Shown: piece after piece, positions 29,067 through 39,202 of the stretch
Layout: each line of letters begins with the position of its first letter
How positions within the stretch are numbered: the first letter of the stretch is position 1
Source: Treponemataceae bacterium
GTDB taxonomy: Bacteria; Spirochaetota; Spirochaetia; Treponematales; Rectinemataceae
Direction: 5' to 3'
Assembly (NCBI GenBank): GCA_963678065.2
Contig: CAXXVZ010000005.1
Coordinates: forward strand, 704,001 to 768,000
Length of the DNA stretch: 64,000 nt
Translations under genes and position numbers: made by a program
The notes under the pieces: generated by a model
Seen by the model: the letters and a program-made list of their open reading frames with translations, nothing else
Database searches by the model: none
What the model was told of the DNA's origin: nothing

Positions 29067-30506
29067 TCAGATCTTGTCTATCAGCATCGAGCACTTGCCC
29101 GAAGGTATCGGTAGAGTCTTCTTCTTCTTTCCGAGGACATTGATCGTGAAATAGTAGAGCTTCTCGCTCTCCATGTGGATTTCCCAGCCGCGTCCCGACT
29201 TGTTGGACAGGATCGTGACGAGGTTCCGTTTCAGGGAGAGATTCTCTATGCCCATGATCTCGAGGTTGGGGATGATCCAGTCCACGGTCTTGCGCGGCAG
29301 CGAAATGTAGAGGCCGACGATGTTTTCGATCATGAGGGCGATGGTCGAAAGCCCCGCGAAAGGCAGATACTGGCGGTGCGGCCAGTCCTGATGCCCTTCC
29401 CAGGCAGCCTTACCCTCGCTCTGAGGCTGGTAGGCCTCCCACACGACGGGCTTGGAATCGTGGTTCCGCTCCTCGCCCGGCTGGTGCATGGAATCGAGGA
29501 CGAAATACAGATGACGGATGGCGCAATCGCGCGCGAGTTCGTACTGGTTGTACTTCTCGAGCCCCTTGATGACCATGTAGGTGAAGGCGGGTATCACCGA
29601 TCCCCTGTAGCCGTTCCCGGTCCTGTCGTAATCGGGATGGTCGGCGGCGAGGGTCGGGAAGGGGTGCTCCGTGCCGAATGTGGCTGGGTCTTTGAGGTGG
29701 GCGATGAGCCTCTCGGCGCGGTCCTCGTTGGGGATCTCCGCGAGAAGGGGCCAGAATCCGCCTATCGTCTTGGTCCGGATCTGGTTGCCGGCCTCGTCGA
29801 TATCGTAATAGAAGCCATCCTCCGCGTTCCACATCATCGAATTGACGCGGGTCTTCAGGGAAAAGTAAGAGCGCTTGAACTGGAAAGACGCTTCCTTGTC
29901 GTTCAGGATATCCCCGAGGGCCGAGAGGTAGAGAGCGTTCATCGCCATCGCGGCGTTGAAGTCCGAGAGGTAGACGGCGTCCCTGCGGGGGGAGTTCGGC
30001 ATCCCGGTCGCGGAGACAGGCACGGCGTAAAGGCCGTTGTCGCGGCGGAAGGTCGCTTCCATCCAGGCCCAGTGTTTCTGGAGGGTGGGCATGACATCCT
30101 TCACGCGTTTCTTGTTGGCCGTCTTGTGGTAGAGGTTGTATTCGGCCCAGGCAAAGAGGGGAAGGGAGAGGCCTTCGGGATTGTCGGGAGTCAGAATGGG
30201 AGTTCCGGACGCGAGATCATAGCAGCCCCGGATGGCTCCGCTGGGTTCCTGCAGGCTGTACAACGCATCGAGCCCATTGGATGCGCCGTATATGCGATTG
30301 GAATAGACCAGGAAAAACGACGAAAAAACCTGTTCCATGACATCGACGACGGGAACCTGGGGGTAATGGAACAGCTTAGCCTTCTCAAGGCTGCTCCCCG
30401 GATTCCCTGAAGCCCAGCAATCGGATATCCATGCCCAGGTTCTGTCGTACATCTCGACAAAATCCTGGTCATAAAAATGAACACGCGGAAAATCCTTCTT
30501 GTTCAA
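29067..30506 (-). CDS. Glycoside hydrolase, GH63/MGH1/trehalase-like
   Basis: TGMPNSPR, WNAEDGFYYD, GFWPLLA, FPTLAADHP, YRGSV, WEAYQP. Confidence 0.75.
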   Translation of the reverse strand: MNKKDFPRVHFYDQDFVEMYDRTWAWISDCWASGNPGSSLEKAKLFHYPQVPVVDVMEQVFSSFFLVYSNRIYGASNGLDALYSLQEPSGAIRGCYDLASGTPILTPDNPEGLSLPLFAWAEYNLYHKTANKKRVKDVMPTLQKHWAWMEATFRRDNGLYAVPVSATGMPNSPRRDAVYLSDFNAAMAMNALYLSALGDILNDKEASFQFKRSYFSLKTRVNSMMWNAEDGFYYDIDEAGNQIRTKTIGGFWPLLAEIPNEDRAERLIAHLKDPATFGTEHPFPTLAADHPDYDRTGNGYRGSVIPAFTYMVIKGLEKYNQYELARDCAIRHLYFVLDSMHQPGEERNHDSKPVVWEAYQPQSEGKAAWEGHQDWPHRQYLPFAGLSTIALMIENIVGLYISLPRKTVDWIIPNLEIMGIENLSLKRNLVTILSNKSGRGWEIHMESEKLYYFTINVLGKKKKTLPIPSGKCSMLIDKI

Positions 30507-30722
30507 GGACGACCTCTCAGGTGCACTCCATCCACAAACTCCGGTACATGATGCGACCGAATACAGTATATGCTTGGATATGCAAGAAAATGCTCTATTT
30601 AGTTAAACTAAAACTATAGTCGTGTTGATCGGTTTTGTCAAATTGAAACAGATTTATTATGCACTTCCTCCGGTCGAAACAGGCATCCCGGACGGTGGCC
30701 GGCCGCGCGGCCCCGCATGGAA

Positions 30723-32135
30723 TCATTCCGCCCGCTTTTCCCGATCGAGGCCCGGCGGCTGGATGGCTTCCAGGGCGATGAGTTCCCCGGCCAGTTTGCG
30801 GACGTTTTCGCGCAATTTGAAGATACAGTCCGTGATCAGCGCTTCTCCTCTGACGATGTCCTCGGCCAGAGCCTTGCAGCTCGGAGAGCCGCAGGCGCCG
30901 CAGTCGAGCCCGGGCAAACCGGAGGCTATGCGCTCCATTTCTTCGGCCATGACGAGTGCCCTCTGCATGTCGGCGTCGAGGCTGAGGGTAGGCTGCGACT
31001 CGAGGGCCCTGCTCCAGCGGTATTCTCCGGGCTTCAGGAAAGAAAGATCACCGCGGCCCCCGTCCGCACCACCCTCAGATGCCCCCGCCCTCAGCTCCGT
31101 CTCGACATCGGCCTCGCACTCGCGCAGGTACGTCTTCGATCTGGACACGAAGGGATTCCCCACAGTCATGGGCCCGCCGACGCATCCCGCCGGACAGGCG
31201 AGAGCCTCGATATAGTCGATATCCTTTATTTTTCCGTTTTCCAGCTCCTCGAGCACCTCGATGACATTCCCGATCCCGTCAACGGATATCGCCCTCCGGT
31301 CTCCCAAAGCCCTCGTCTCACCTTCCGCGCGCGCCCAGCCGATCCCGACACTGCCGGCTCTCGCCGTGCTGCCCCGCTCCAGCGCTGCGGAGGAAAGCTG
31401 CCCCACCCCGGCAACGCCCGGCAGCTCCGCCCGACGATCCCTTTCAGCCTCGCGCCTCCCCGCCTTCTCCAGATTCTTCCGGAGCTGCAAGTAGGCATCC
31501 TTGATACCGATCACGCCGTCCACGGCAGAGCGTCTGTACCCAAGAGGAGTCCTTACGGCGGAGACCTTCCCGGCGCAGGGGCTTATGAAGAACACACCGA
31601 GCCCTTCCCTGCCCGGATACAGCTTGTCGCGCACGATGCGCGCAGCGACCTCCATCGGCGGCAGGATGGTGGCGAGGTTCGGTATGAGCGAAGGGAAGCG
31701 GAGCTGGATCAGCCGGACAACGGAGGGGCAAGCCGCCGAAATGAGGGGCCTCGCCCCGCCCTGGGAGAGGAGAGCCTGAGTCTGCGCGCTGACTTCCTCG
31801 GCCGCCAGCGCCACCTCGAAGGCATCATCGAAGCCCAACCCCAGAAGCGCTTCCAGAATGTCGCTCCGGCTGAACTTTTCATCGAACTGCGCGTAGAGGG
31901 AAGGGGCCGGCAGGGCCACCGTGAAAGAAAAATCGCGGATCATGGAGAGAGGATCGGAAACAGCCTTCTTGGCGCCCTGAGGACAGGTCCGGATGCATTC
32001 GCCGCAGTCTATGCACCGCGCCTCGATGATCTTCGCCCTGCCCTTGCGCACCCGAATCGCTTCAGTAGGACATTTTTTTATGCAGTTTGTACATCCTATG
32101 CACCGATCGGAATCGAGCGTCACGGAGTGGCGCAT
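30723..32135 (-). CDS. [FeFe]-hydrogenase-like Fe-S protein (putative sensory type)
   Basis: Two N-terminal CxxCxxCxxxCP motifs; SAACP, SPCAGK, EALACPAGCVGG; C-terminal DCGACGSPSC. Confidence 0.82.
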   Translation of the reverse strand: MRHSVTLDSDRCIGCTNCIKKCPTEAIRVRKGRAKIIEARCIDCGECIRTCPQGAKKAVSDPLSMIRDFSFTVALPAPSLYAQFDEKFSRSDILEALLGLGFDDAFEVALAAEEVSAQTQALLSQGGARPLISAACPSVVRLIQLRFPSLIPNLATILPPMEVAARIVRDKLYPGREGLGVFFISPCAGKVSAVRTPLGYRRSAVDGVIGIKDAYLQLRKNLEKAGRREAERDRRAELPGVAGVGQLSSAALERGSTARAGSVGIGWARAEGETRALGDRRAISVDGIGNVIEVLEELENGKIKDIDYIEALACPAGCVGGPMTVGNPFVSRSKTYLRECEADVETELRAGASEGGADGGRGDLSFLKPGEYRWSRALESQPTLSLDADMQRALVMAEEMERIASGLPGLDCGACGSPSCKALAEDIVRGEALITDCIFKLRENVRKLAGELIALEAIQPPGLDREKRAE

Positions 32136-32170
32136 CCTCTCTCCTCCGCCTTCGAGAGTTCCGGGCATAA

Positions 32171-32596
32171 TCAGCTCCCGCTTTCCTTCAATTTCAGAGT
32201 CATGGTGACGCAGGTCCCTTCCCCGACAACGGTATCGACCACGAGGGTGTCGGCGTTCCTCTCCATGTTCGGCAGCCCCATTCCGGCGCCGAAGCCCATT
32301 TCGCGGACCTTCTCGGTCGCGGTGGAATATCCCTCGGTCATGGCGAGTCCGAGATCGGGTATCCCCGGTCCCTTGTCCCTGAGGATGATCGTGACGAGCC
32401 CGGGATCTATCTCGACCTCGGCGACTCCTCCGCCCGCGTGGATGGCCATGTTCATCTCGCCCTCGTACATGGCGACGACGGCGCGCTTGATGACGCCCGG
32501 CTCGACTCCCAGACGGCCGAGCAGGCGCTTGAGCTCGGCGGAGGCTTTCCCGGCCTGGAGATAGTCATCCCCCGGAACGGAATAGGCAATTTTCAC
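32171..32596 (-). CDS. RsbW-like serine kinase (HATPase)
   Basis: YEGEMNMAIHA, DKGPGIPD, GFGAGMGLPNM; GTG start. Confidence 0.85.
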   Translation of the reverse strand: MKIAYSVPGDDYLQAGKASAELKRLLGRLGVEPGVIKRAVVAMYEGEMNMAIHAGGGVAEVEIDPGLVTIILRDKGPGIPDLGLAMTEGYSTATEKVREMGFGAGMGLPNMERNADTLVVDTVVGEGTCVTMTLKLKESGS

Positions 32597-32607
32597 TCCG
32601 GGGCCTT

Positions 32608-32967
32608 TTACAGGATTTCCCTGACGCCGCCCGCGCGCAGGCCCGCCTCGTAAAGACGCCCGCAGGCGAGGAACATGGAGTATTTCGTGGACAGGATGAC
32701 CATGCCGTATTCGCCGGCCATTTCGACGAGATCTTCTGTAGGCGTTTTGCCCCGGACAAAGACTACGATCTTGATATCCAGAAGGTCGGCCGTGCGCAGC
32801 GCCTGCGGATTGACCAGCCCCGTCAGAAGAACGACTTTTTCCTTGACGAAGGCCATGACATCGCTCATCAGATCTGCGCCACAAGCGGAATTGACTTCCA
32901 GATCGAGATTATCCTGTCCTGCAAAGATACGGGCATCAAGAATGGAAGCTATCTGTCGTACGGTCAT
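32608..32967 (-). CDS. DRTGG domain protein
   Basis: CGADLMSDVMA, LLTGL, FVRGK, CGRLY. Confidence 0.82.
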   Translation of the reverse strand: MTVRQIASILDARIFAGQDNLDLEVNSACGADLMSDVMAFVKEKVVLLTGLVNPQALRTADLLDIKIVVFVRGKTPTEDLVEMAGEYGMVILSTKYSMFLACGRLYEAGLRAGGVREIL

Positions 32968-33009
32968 GGTTCTCCCCGCGGAAAATCGGATATGGATCTG
33001 CGCCTGCAT

Positions 33010-33597
33010 TCAGAGGCGCGTTCTTCCTCTGAATGAACGAGCGAGCGTGAGGCGGTCAGCGTATTCCAGATCTCCCCCGACGGGGATTCCCGTCGCCAGC
33101 CTCGTCACCGACAGGCCTGTCGGCTCGAGAATCTTTTTGAGATACAAGGCAGTCGTATCTCCTTCCACGGTCGGATTGGTCGCCACGACGACTTCCACGA
33201 CGCCCGAGCCGGATAGACGGCCGATGAGCGCCTGGATGCTGAGGTTCTCCGGTCCCACTCCATCCAGAGGCGAGATGAGCCCGCCCAGAACATGATAGAG
33301 CCCGCGGAATTCATGAGAAGCCTCGATCGTCATGACATCCTGCGGCTGCTCAACGACACAGATCAGGCTCGAGTCCCGCACAGGAGAGCGGCAGACATCG
33401 CAGGGATCGTTTTCCGTATACGATCCGCAGATCGAGCAGAAGCGGACGGTCTCCTTCAATGTCGCTATCCTGTCGGCGAGGGCGCGGGCATAGGCCGAAT
33501 CGGTCTTCAAGAGATGCCAGGCCACGCGCATGGCGCTCTTCTTGCCTATGCCAGGCAGGCGGGACAAAAGTCCGACAAGTTCCTCGATCGCCTTCAC
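33010..33597 (-). CDS. recR: Recombination mediator RecR
   Basis: LPGIGKKSA, C4 zinc finger, YHVLGG, NPTVEGDTT. Confidence 0.96.
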   Translation of the reverse strand: MKAIEELVGLLSRLPGIGKKSAMRVAWHLLKTDSAYARALADRIATLKETVRFCSICGSYTENDPCDVCRSPVRDSSLICVVEQPQDVMTIEASHEFRGLYHVLGGLISPLDGVGPENLSIQALIGRLSGSGVVEVVVATNPTVEGDTTALYLKKILEPTGLSVTRLATGIPVGGDLEYADRLTLARSFRGRTRL

Positions 33598-33610
33598 TGG
33601 GGACCGGCCT

Positions 33611-33949
33611 TCAGGAACCGGAACCGGGGAAACCGAAGCCCGGGGGAATGGGCATGCCTTCCATCCCCGTCGACAATTCCTTCTGGAGAGCCTCTTTGAC
33701 TTTGGCGGTCGCGTCGTTGTAGGCGGCGCGGACGAGGTCCTGCAACATGCCGACGTCTGAAGGATCGACTATCTCGGGCGCGATTTCGCAGGACAGCATA
33801 TCGAGATCGCCTGTGAGGCTTATCTTGACCATGCCGCCTCCGGAAGATCCCGTCGCCCGAACCCGCGAGGTCCTGTCCCTGAGCTCGTTCACGCGGGCCT
33901 GCATGGCCTGGGGATTGCGCAACATATCCATGATTTCGGAAAAATTCAT
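33611..33949 (-). CDS. ybaB: YbaB/EbfC nucleoid-associated protein
   Basis: GSSGGGMVKI, LQDLVRAAYNDA; lies between dnaX and recR. Confidence 0.92.
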   Translation of the reverse strand: MNFSEIMDMLRNPQAMQARVNELRDRTSRVRATGSSGGGMVKISLTGDLDMLSCEIAPEIVDPSDVGMLQDLVRAAYNDATAKVKEALQKELSTGMEGMPIPPGFGFPGSGS

Positions 33950-33956
33950 GTCAATC

Positions 33957-35834
33957 CTACCTTGTATCGGCCGGTCTGGCCGCCGGCACGACTCTCGTGC
34001 CCCTAAAAACATTCTCGACGATCTTCACCGGATCGGTCTCGTCTTCACCATCGTTGCGGACAAAGGCTCCTGCCGGAACGGCGCGCGGCATCGGCGCCAG
34101 GGCCGGGTCCGCGCCGGGCTCTCCGGCGGCGTGTCCATCAGCCCTTCCGCCTGCGGCTGCGGCATGCCCCGCGGACTCGGGCTTTACGATCCTCAGTTCG
34201 ACCTTGAGGGATCGGCCGAGACGCCTGGACACCGACTCGGCGAGGACACCGATGGAATCTTTCACCATCTTCTGCTCGATCCCCATCACGGCGAAAGGAA
34301 TGACGAGGCGTCCCTCCTCGATGCACCAGACTCCCGAGGCCGCCAGCCCGGACTTCAGGATGGGGCTCGCCTTGCCGAGGTCGTTGATGACTTCGGCGCG
34401 CAGAAGATCGGGGTCGATGCCCTCCCCGAAGGATTCGCAGGATTGGGGAGCGTAGACATTCCTCGGGGTGGCCTCGCTCTCCGTTCGGGGACCATCCGTC
34501 CCGACCACTTCCTCCCATCTTTCCGCGGCGCCGGTCTCGGCGAACGCGGTTTCCGCGGAAAAACCGGCGGAGGCAGGCATCGCGGCGACATCCCGCGCGC
34601 GCTCGTCCCCCCCAGGGCGGAAGTCCCCCGCGCCGCGCGCGTCAGCGCCCGCCCTCTGATCGACACCGCCGGTCACAGGTCTCGCAACCTCTCCGGCAAG
34701 GTATTTACGCATGGCAGCCACACTCCGCGCCAACTCCGCGGGCGACACGAAGTCGCCGAGCCTGCAGAGCCGGGAGATCGCCAACTCCAGCTCGAAGCGC
34801 GCTTCGACCGTGAACCGGAGATTCCTGTAGACTTCCATGAACAGGGCCAAGGCCCTCTCGATCCTCTCGGCGGAAAGTCCGTCGAGCACCGACCGGTCAT
34901 ATGCCGAGGCCGGCGCGCCGAGCAGACTCTCGCGGAGAATCCCGTTCTTGATGAGGAGGAGGGAACGGCAGTATTCGACAGCGTCGATCACACACTGCTC
35001 CACGGACACGCCGTGGTCCAGGATGACGTCGAGGGCGTCGAGGGCTTCCCCGGAGGAACCCCGGAGGCAGAATCCGAACAGGGCGTTGAGCCTGTCCAGC
35101 CCGACGAGCCCCAGCTTTTCGCGGATCAGATCGGCCCTGATCCCTCCTTCCGAAAAAGAGAGGACCTGGTCGAACAGAGTGTAGGCGTCGCGCAAAGAAC
35201 CGCCAGACTCCTTGGCGATCCAGAGCAGGGCCTCATCTTCGGCCGCCACCCCCAGCTCCGCGGCTATCCCGGTCAGAAGCCTCTTGACGGTTTCCACGGG
35301 AATGAGCCGGAACGCGAACTGCTGGCACCTGCTTTTTATAGTCGCCGGAACCTTGTGCAGCTCCGTCGTCGCGAAGATGAAAACGATATAAGGCGGCGGC
35401 TCCTCTATGGTCTTGAGCAGGGCGTTGAAGGCGCTGTTCGAGAGCATGTGGACTTCGTCGATGATGTAGATCTTGTAGCGGCCGCCGTTGGGCGGGAAGA
35501 GCACTTCGTCCTTGATCTGCCTGATGTTGTCCACAGACGTGTTGGAGGCGCCGTCGATCTCTATCACATCGAGGGCCGAACCCGCGGCGATGGACTTGCA
35601 TGAGTCACAGACTCCGCACGGCGAAGCCGTCGGTCCGGACTCGCAGTTGAGGGCCTTGGCGAGAATGCGGGCGGTGCTCGTCTTTCCGCAACCGCGCGGG
35701 CCGGAAAACAGGTATGCGTGCGCAATCCGCCCCGAGCTTATCGAGGCTTCCAGCGTGGCCGAGACAAAGTCCTGGCCGGCGAGCTGCTCGAAATTCTGGG
35801 GACGCTTACGCGCCGCGGTTATTTCATAGGACAT
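33957..35834 (-). CDS. dnaX: DNA polymerase III subunit gamma/tau
   Basis: GPRGCGKT, IEIDGASN, DEVHMLS, NALLKTIEEPP, SRCQ. Confidence 0.96.
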   Translation of the reverse strand: MSYEITAARKRPQNFEQLAGQDFVSATLEASISSGRIAHAYLFSGPRGCGKTSTARILAKALNCESGPTASPCGVCDSCKSIAAGSALDVIEIDGASNTSVDNIRQIKDEVLFPPNGGRYKIYIIDEVHMLSNSAFNALLKTIEEPPPYIVFIFATTELHKVPATIKSRCQQFAFRLIPVETVKRLLTGIAAELGVAAEDEALLWIAKESGGSLRDAYTLFDQVLSFSEGGIRADLIREKLGLVGLDRLNALFGFCLRGSSGEALDALDVILDHGVSVEQCVIDAVEYCRSLLLIKNGILRESLLGAPASAYDRSVLDGLSAERIERALALFMEVYRNLRFTVEARFELELAISRLCRLGDFVSPAELARSVAAMRKYLAGEVARPVTGGVDQRAGADARGAGDFRPGGDERARDVAAMPASAGFSAETAFAETGAAERWEEVVGTDGPRTESEATPRNVYAPQSCESFGEGIDPDLLRAEVINDLGKASPILKSGLAASGVWCIEEGRLVIPFAVMGIEQKMVKDSIGVLAESVSRRLGRSLKVELRIVKPESAGHAAAAGGRADGHAAGEPGADPALAPMPRAVPAGAFVRNDGEDETDPVKIVENVFRGTRVVPAARPADTR

Positions 35835-35886
35835 ACAAAATCAAACTACCATAAGCGTGAAGGGTGGTAAAGGTCTTCAAGCTTTC

Positions 35887-35984
35887 GAAGCCAGGCGGTC
35901 TGCGGCACCGCACCTACCGCGTACCGTTGCTCCCTTCCGGGCCTGGCGGGTTAAACGGCGGCCACGAGCGCAGTGCCTGGCTTC
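35887..35984 (-). ncRNA. ffs: Signal recognition particle small RNA
   Basis: Minus strand CCGCCAGGCCCGGAAGGGAGCAACGG (domain IV); closing stem GAAGCCAGGC/GCCTGGCTTC; upstream of dnaX. Confidence 0.9.
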
Positions 35985-36006
35985 AAAAGCTCGAAGAAGG
36001 AACTAG

Positions 36007-36093
36007 CGGAGAGAGAGGGATTTGAACCCTCGGTACCCTTACGAGTACACGCGACTTCCAATCGCGCACCTTCGGCCGCTCGGTCATCTCTCC
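36007..36093 (-). tRNA. tRNA-Ser(GGA)
   Basis: Cloverleaf with long variable arm; anticodon loop TTGGAAG. Confidence 0.93.
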
Positions 36094-36121
36094 GGGGCAA
36101 AAACATTTTTACTTCGTGATT

Positions 36122-36211
36122 TGGCGGAGAGAGGGGGATTCGAACCCCCGGAACACTTACGTGTTCAACGGTTTTCGAGACCGCCCGATTCAACCGCTCT
36201 CGCATCTCTCC
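36122..36211 (-). tRNA. tRNA-Ser(CGA), CCA encoded
   Basis: Anticodon loop CTCGAAA; GTTCGAATCC T-arm. Confidence 0.93.
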
Positions 36212-36221
36212 AAAAGAAAAT

Positions 36222-36295
36222 TGAGGCTAAGTGGATTCGAACCACCGACCTTCAGATCCGCAATCTGATGCTCTATCCAGCTGAGCTATAACCTC
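36222..36295 (-). tRNA. tRNA-Arg(GCG)
   Basis: Anticodon arm CAGA-TTGCGGA-TCTG. Confidence 0.9.
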
Positions 36296-36303
36296 ATGAA
36301 CGA

Positions 36304-36391
<88 letters not shown>

Positions 36392-36412
36392 AAACCCGGC
36401 CTCAAGGCCTTA

Positions 36413-36497
36413 CGGAGCAGGGGGGATTCGAACCCCCGGTACCTTGCGGTACAGCGGTTTTCAAGACCGTCTCCTTAAACCCCTCGGACACCGCTCC
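36413..36497 (-). tRNA. tRNA-Ser(TGA)
   Basis: Anticodon loop CTTGAAA. Confidence 0.93.
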
Positions 36498-36529
36498 AGT
36501 TAAAGGAGCCGTTTTACCGGCGGATTCAA

Positions 36530-36558
36530 ACCATAAGGGAAATGCGATCCATTGTCAA
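36530..36558 (-). promoter_or_regulatory. Sigma70 promoter of the tRNA/ffs cluster
   Basis: TTGACA-17 bp-TATGGT on the minus strand. Confidence 0.6.
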
Positions 36559-36699
36559 GATGTCATCTGCTGCCCGGCTTTTCAACGGAGTTGCGCTCCG
36601 GAAAAGAGACCGACCGCCAGGATCGGCGCACAGGCGAGTCGAAATTCGAGGGCGCCGCATCGTCTTGATCTGTTCGTTCCCTCGGGCTATCGTCAAGCC

Positions 36700-38097
36700 A
36701 TGCGAGCCATTCCGGGAACAGTGCGGGGCCGGCGGCGCCCACACCCGTTTTTCGACCTCATCCGCGCCCTGCTTCTCGCCGCGGCCCTCTCCCCTCTCGT
36801 CCTGTCATGCGGAGGGGAGGGGGCAAAAGCCGGCGAAGGCTCGGCCAACTCCGCTCTCTCCTCGGGTTTCGCCCCCGTCCGGCAGACAAACTCATCGGAG
36901 GGCGAATCCGGGCCCGCCAAGCTTTGGACCGACATCCCCGAACTGGTTCTGGCCGTCGAACTCTTCAACGCATCGCGGGAAGACCAGCTCATCGAGCTGG
37001 AGTACAAGGAGGACCTTGCAGGCGCCCTCTCCGACAGGAAGGCAGATCCCGCCCTCGCCATCGGACGATATCTGAAAAGCAAAAAAATCCGCGACAAATT
37101 CCAGTCCCTGGAATACCTTTTCGGCGAGCTGTACGTTAACCAGTCATCCTTCTATCCGAACCTGCTCGCGCTCGGCAACGTGAACGGAAGACAGCTCTTT
37201 CTCCCGGTATCCTTCAACATGCCCGCCATCGTCTTCGCAAAAGGGAAATACAGGCCGCCGGCCCCGCTTCTCCTCGATCTCGAGACGATGGGAAGCTCCG
37301 CACGATCCTTCAACAAAATCGAAGGCGGAAGCTATGTCAGAATGGGGTTTTCTCCGCGATGGAACCCCGATTTCCTTGTTCTGTACGCGCAGGCCGAAGG
37401 AGTCGATTTCCGCGAAGACAAAAAACTCGTCTGGAACGCCGAGGGGCTCGGCAGGACGGTCAGGAATCTGCGCGCATGGAGCCGCGAAAAGAATACATCC
37501 TACCTCGCCGAGCGCGATTTCGAATTCAAATACCTCTTTACTCCCGATTACCAGTACATAGCGGAAGGGAGGGCGCTGTTCGCGTACATGGATTCCTCGC
37601 GACTCTTCACGCTCCCCGTGGAAAAACGAGGAGCCCTGGAATTCCGATGGTTCTCGAGCAAAGGGAAGATACCCGTCGACGACGACATGGCCTTCGCGGC
37701 CATCCTCCGCTCAGGGAAAGGCAAATCCACGGCCGAAACCTTCCTGAAGTGGTTCTTCAAAGAAGAGAACCAGAGAAAAATACTCGAAAAAGCCGCGTCG
37801 ACGGGATGCATGGACATCGCGTTCGGTCTGGCAGGCGGCTTCTCCTCCGTCCGGTCGGTCAATGAACGGGCTTTCCCGACCTATTACCCCTCAATGAGTG
37901 GACAAATGCCTTCCGCAGAACAACTGTCGATGCCCTCGACCCTTCCACCGGATTGGCCGGCGATCAAAGAAAACGTCGTCGCGCCCTGGCTTCTGGAATC
38001 CATCGCCCGAAACATCGAAAGCGTTGATCCTGATGCCGAATTCTCGGCCCGGATGGAGGAATACCGGCAGAATGCGACGATCACTTCGATGAAGTGA
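36700..38097 (+). CDS. Lipoprotein, extracellular solute-binding-like
   Basis: Lipobox LVLS-C; LPVSFNMPAIVF, FLKWFFKEENQ resemble family-1 SBPs. Confidence 0.65.
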   Translation: MRAIPGTVRGRRRPHPFFDLIRALLLAAALSPLVLSCGGEGAKAGEGSANSALSSGFAPVRQTNSSEGESGPAKLWTDIPELVLAVELFNASREDQLIELEYKEDLAGALSDRKADPALAIGRYLKSKKIRDKFQSLEYLFGELYVNQSSFYPNLLALGNVNGRQLFLPVSFNMPAIVFAKGKYRPPAPLLLDLETMGSSARSFNKIEGGSYVRMGFSPRWNPDFLVLYAQAEGVDFREDKKLVWNAEGLGRTVRNLRAWSREKNTSYLAERDFEFKYLFTPDYQYIAEGRALFAYMDSSRLFTLPVEKRGALEFRWFSSKGKIPVDDDMAFAAILRSGKGKSTAETFLKWFFKEENQRKILEKAASTGCMDIAFGLAGGFSSVRSVNERAFPTYYPSMSGQMPSAEQLSMPSTLPPDWPAIKENVVAPWLLESIARNIESVDPDAEFSARMEEYRQNATITSMK

Positions 38098-38158
38098 TCA
38101 GCCTGACATCGCCCCGGCCGGCGGTTTCCGTTTTACACCATCGATCCCGACCCGATCC

Positions 38159-39202
38159 TCATTGTATTTTCCAATCATCACCGGCAGTCGAATCGGTGTC
38201 ATCATCGGCCGTCGTCCCGACGAGGGCTCCGCCGGCCCACCGATCAAACAGCTCGTCGAAATCTTTCACACAGAGCGATTGGACGGCCCTCGCCCTCAAT
38301 TCTGCCCCGCCGATCCTTCCCTTCGTGTAGGAGCAGAACTGTTTTCGGAACTCGACGCAAGCCGTGCGCTCGCCCAGGAACCGCACCGAGAGGGCGAGAT
38401 GGCGCCTCGCCACCTCGGCTCTCTGCCGGTCGTCGAAAATGGGCAGAGGCCTGCCTTCCAGCAGGGCCCGGCCTTCAGCGAAAATGAAGGGGTTGCCCAT
38501 GGCGCCGCGGGCTACCATGACTCCCACGCAGCCAGTCGACTCCATCATCCGGAGGACATCGACGGCGCGAAAGACATCGCCTGAACCGAACACAGGGACA
38601 GGCAGAGCTTTCACCAAGGCAGCGATGCAAGACCAGTCGGCGTGACCCGAATAGCCCTGCGCCCGCGTCCGGGCATGGAGGGTGACAGCCTTCGCCCCGC
38701 CCGCCACGGCGGCCTGGGCGACCTCGAGGTAGTTGATGCTCTCCGCGTCCCAGCCGAGGCGTATCTTGACCGTGACGGGTATCGGACTCGCAGCAGTCAT
38801 CGCCGCGACGATGGAGCGCAGGAGCTCGGGCTTCCGTATGAGGGCCGAACCGGCCCCCGACTTGATGATCTTCGGAACCGGACAGCCGCAATTGAGGTCG
38901 ATGACGAGAGGTTTGAGCGGAAGGATCATTTCGACGGCCCGGGCGAGAACCTCCGGTTTGGATCCGAAGAGCTGGATCGCATACTCACGCTCGCTCTCCG
39001 CCCGCTCGAGCAAAAATCCCGTCTTGACATGTCCCCGCGTGAGGGCCTCGGAACTCACCATCTCCGTATAGCAGAGATCGGCCCCCAGTTCCGCACAGAC
39101 AGAACGGAAGGCCGCATCCGAGTAGCCCGCGACAGGAGCGAGAAAAAGATTGCCGGGAAGGGTCGCGCCGTCGAGACGGACCTGACGGTCCGCCCCGGTC
39201 AT
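38159..39202 (-). CDS. dusB: tRNA-dihydrouridine synthase B
   Basis: LAPVAGYSD, IDLNCGCPVPK, VTVKIRLGW, LHARTR. Confidence 0.92.
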   Translation of the reverse strand: MTGADRQVRLDGATLPGNLFLAPVAGYSDAAFRSVCAELGADLCYTEMVSSEALTRGHVKTGFLLERAESEREYAIQLFGSKPEVLARAVEMILPLKPLVIDLNCGCPVPKIIKSGAGSALIRKPELLRSIVAAMTAASPIPVTVKIRLGWDAESINYLEVAQAAVAGGAKAVTLHARTRAQGYSGHADWSCIAALVKALPVPVFGSGDVFRAVDVLRMMESTGCVGVMVARGAMGNPFIFAEGRALLEGRPLPIFDDRQRAEVARRHLALSVRFLGERTACVEFRKQFCSYTKGRIGGAELRARAVQSLCVKDFDELFDRWAGGALVGTTADDDTDSTAGDDWKIQ

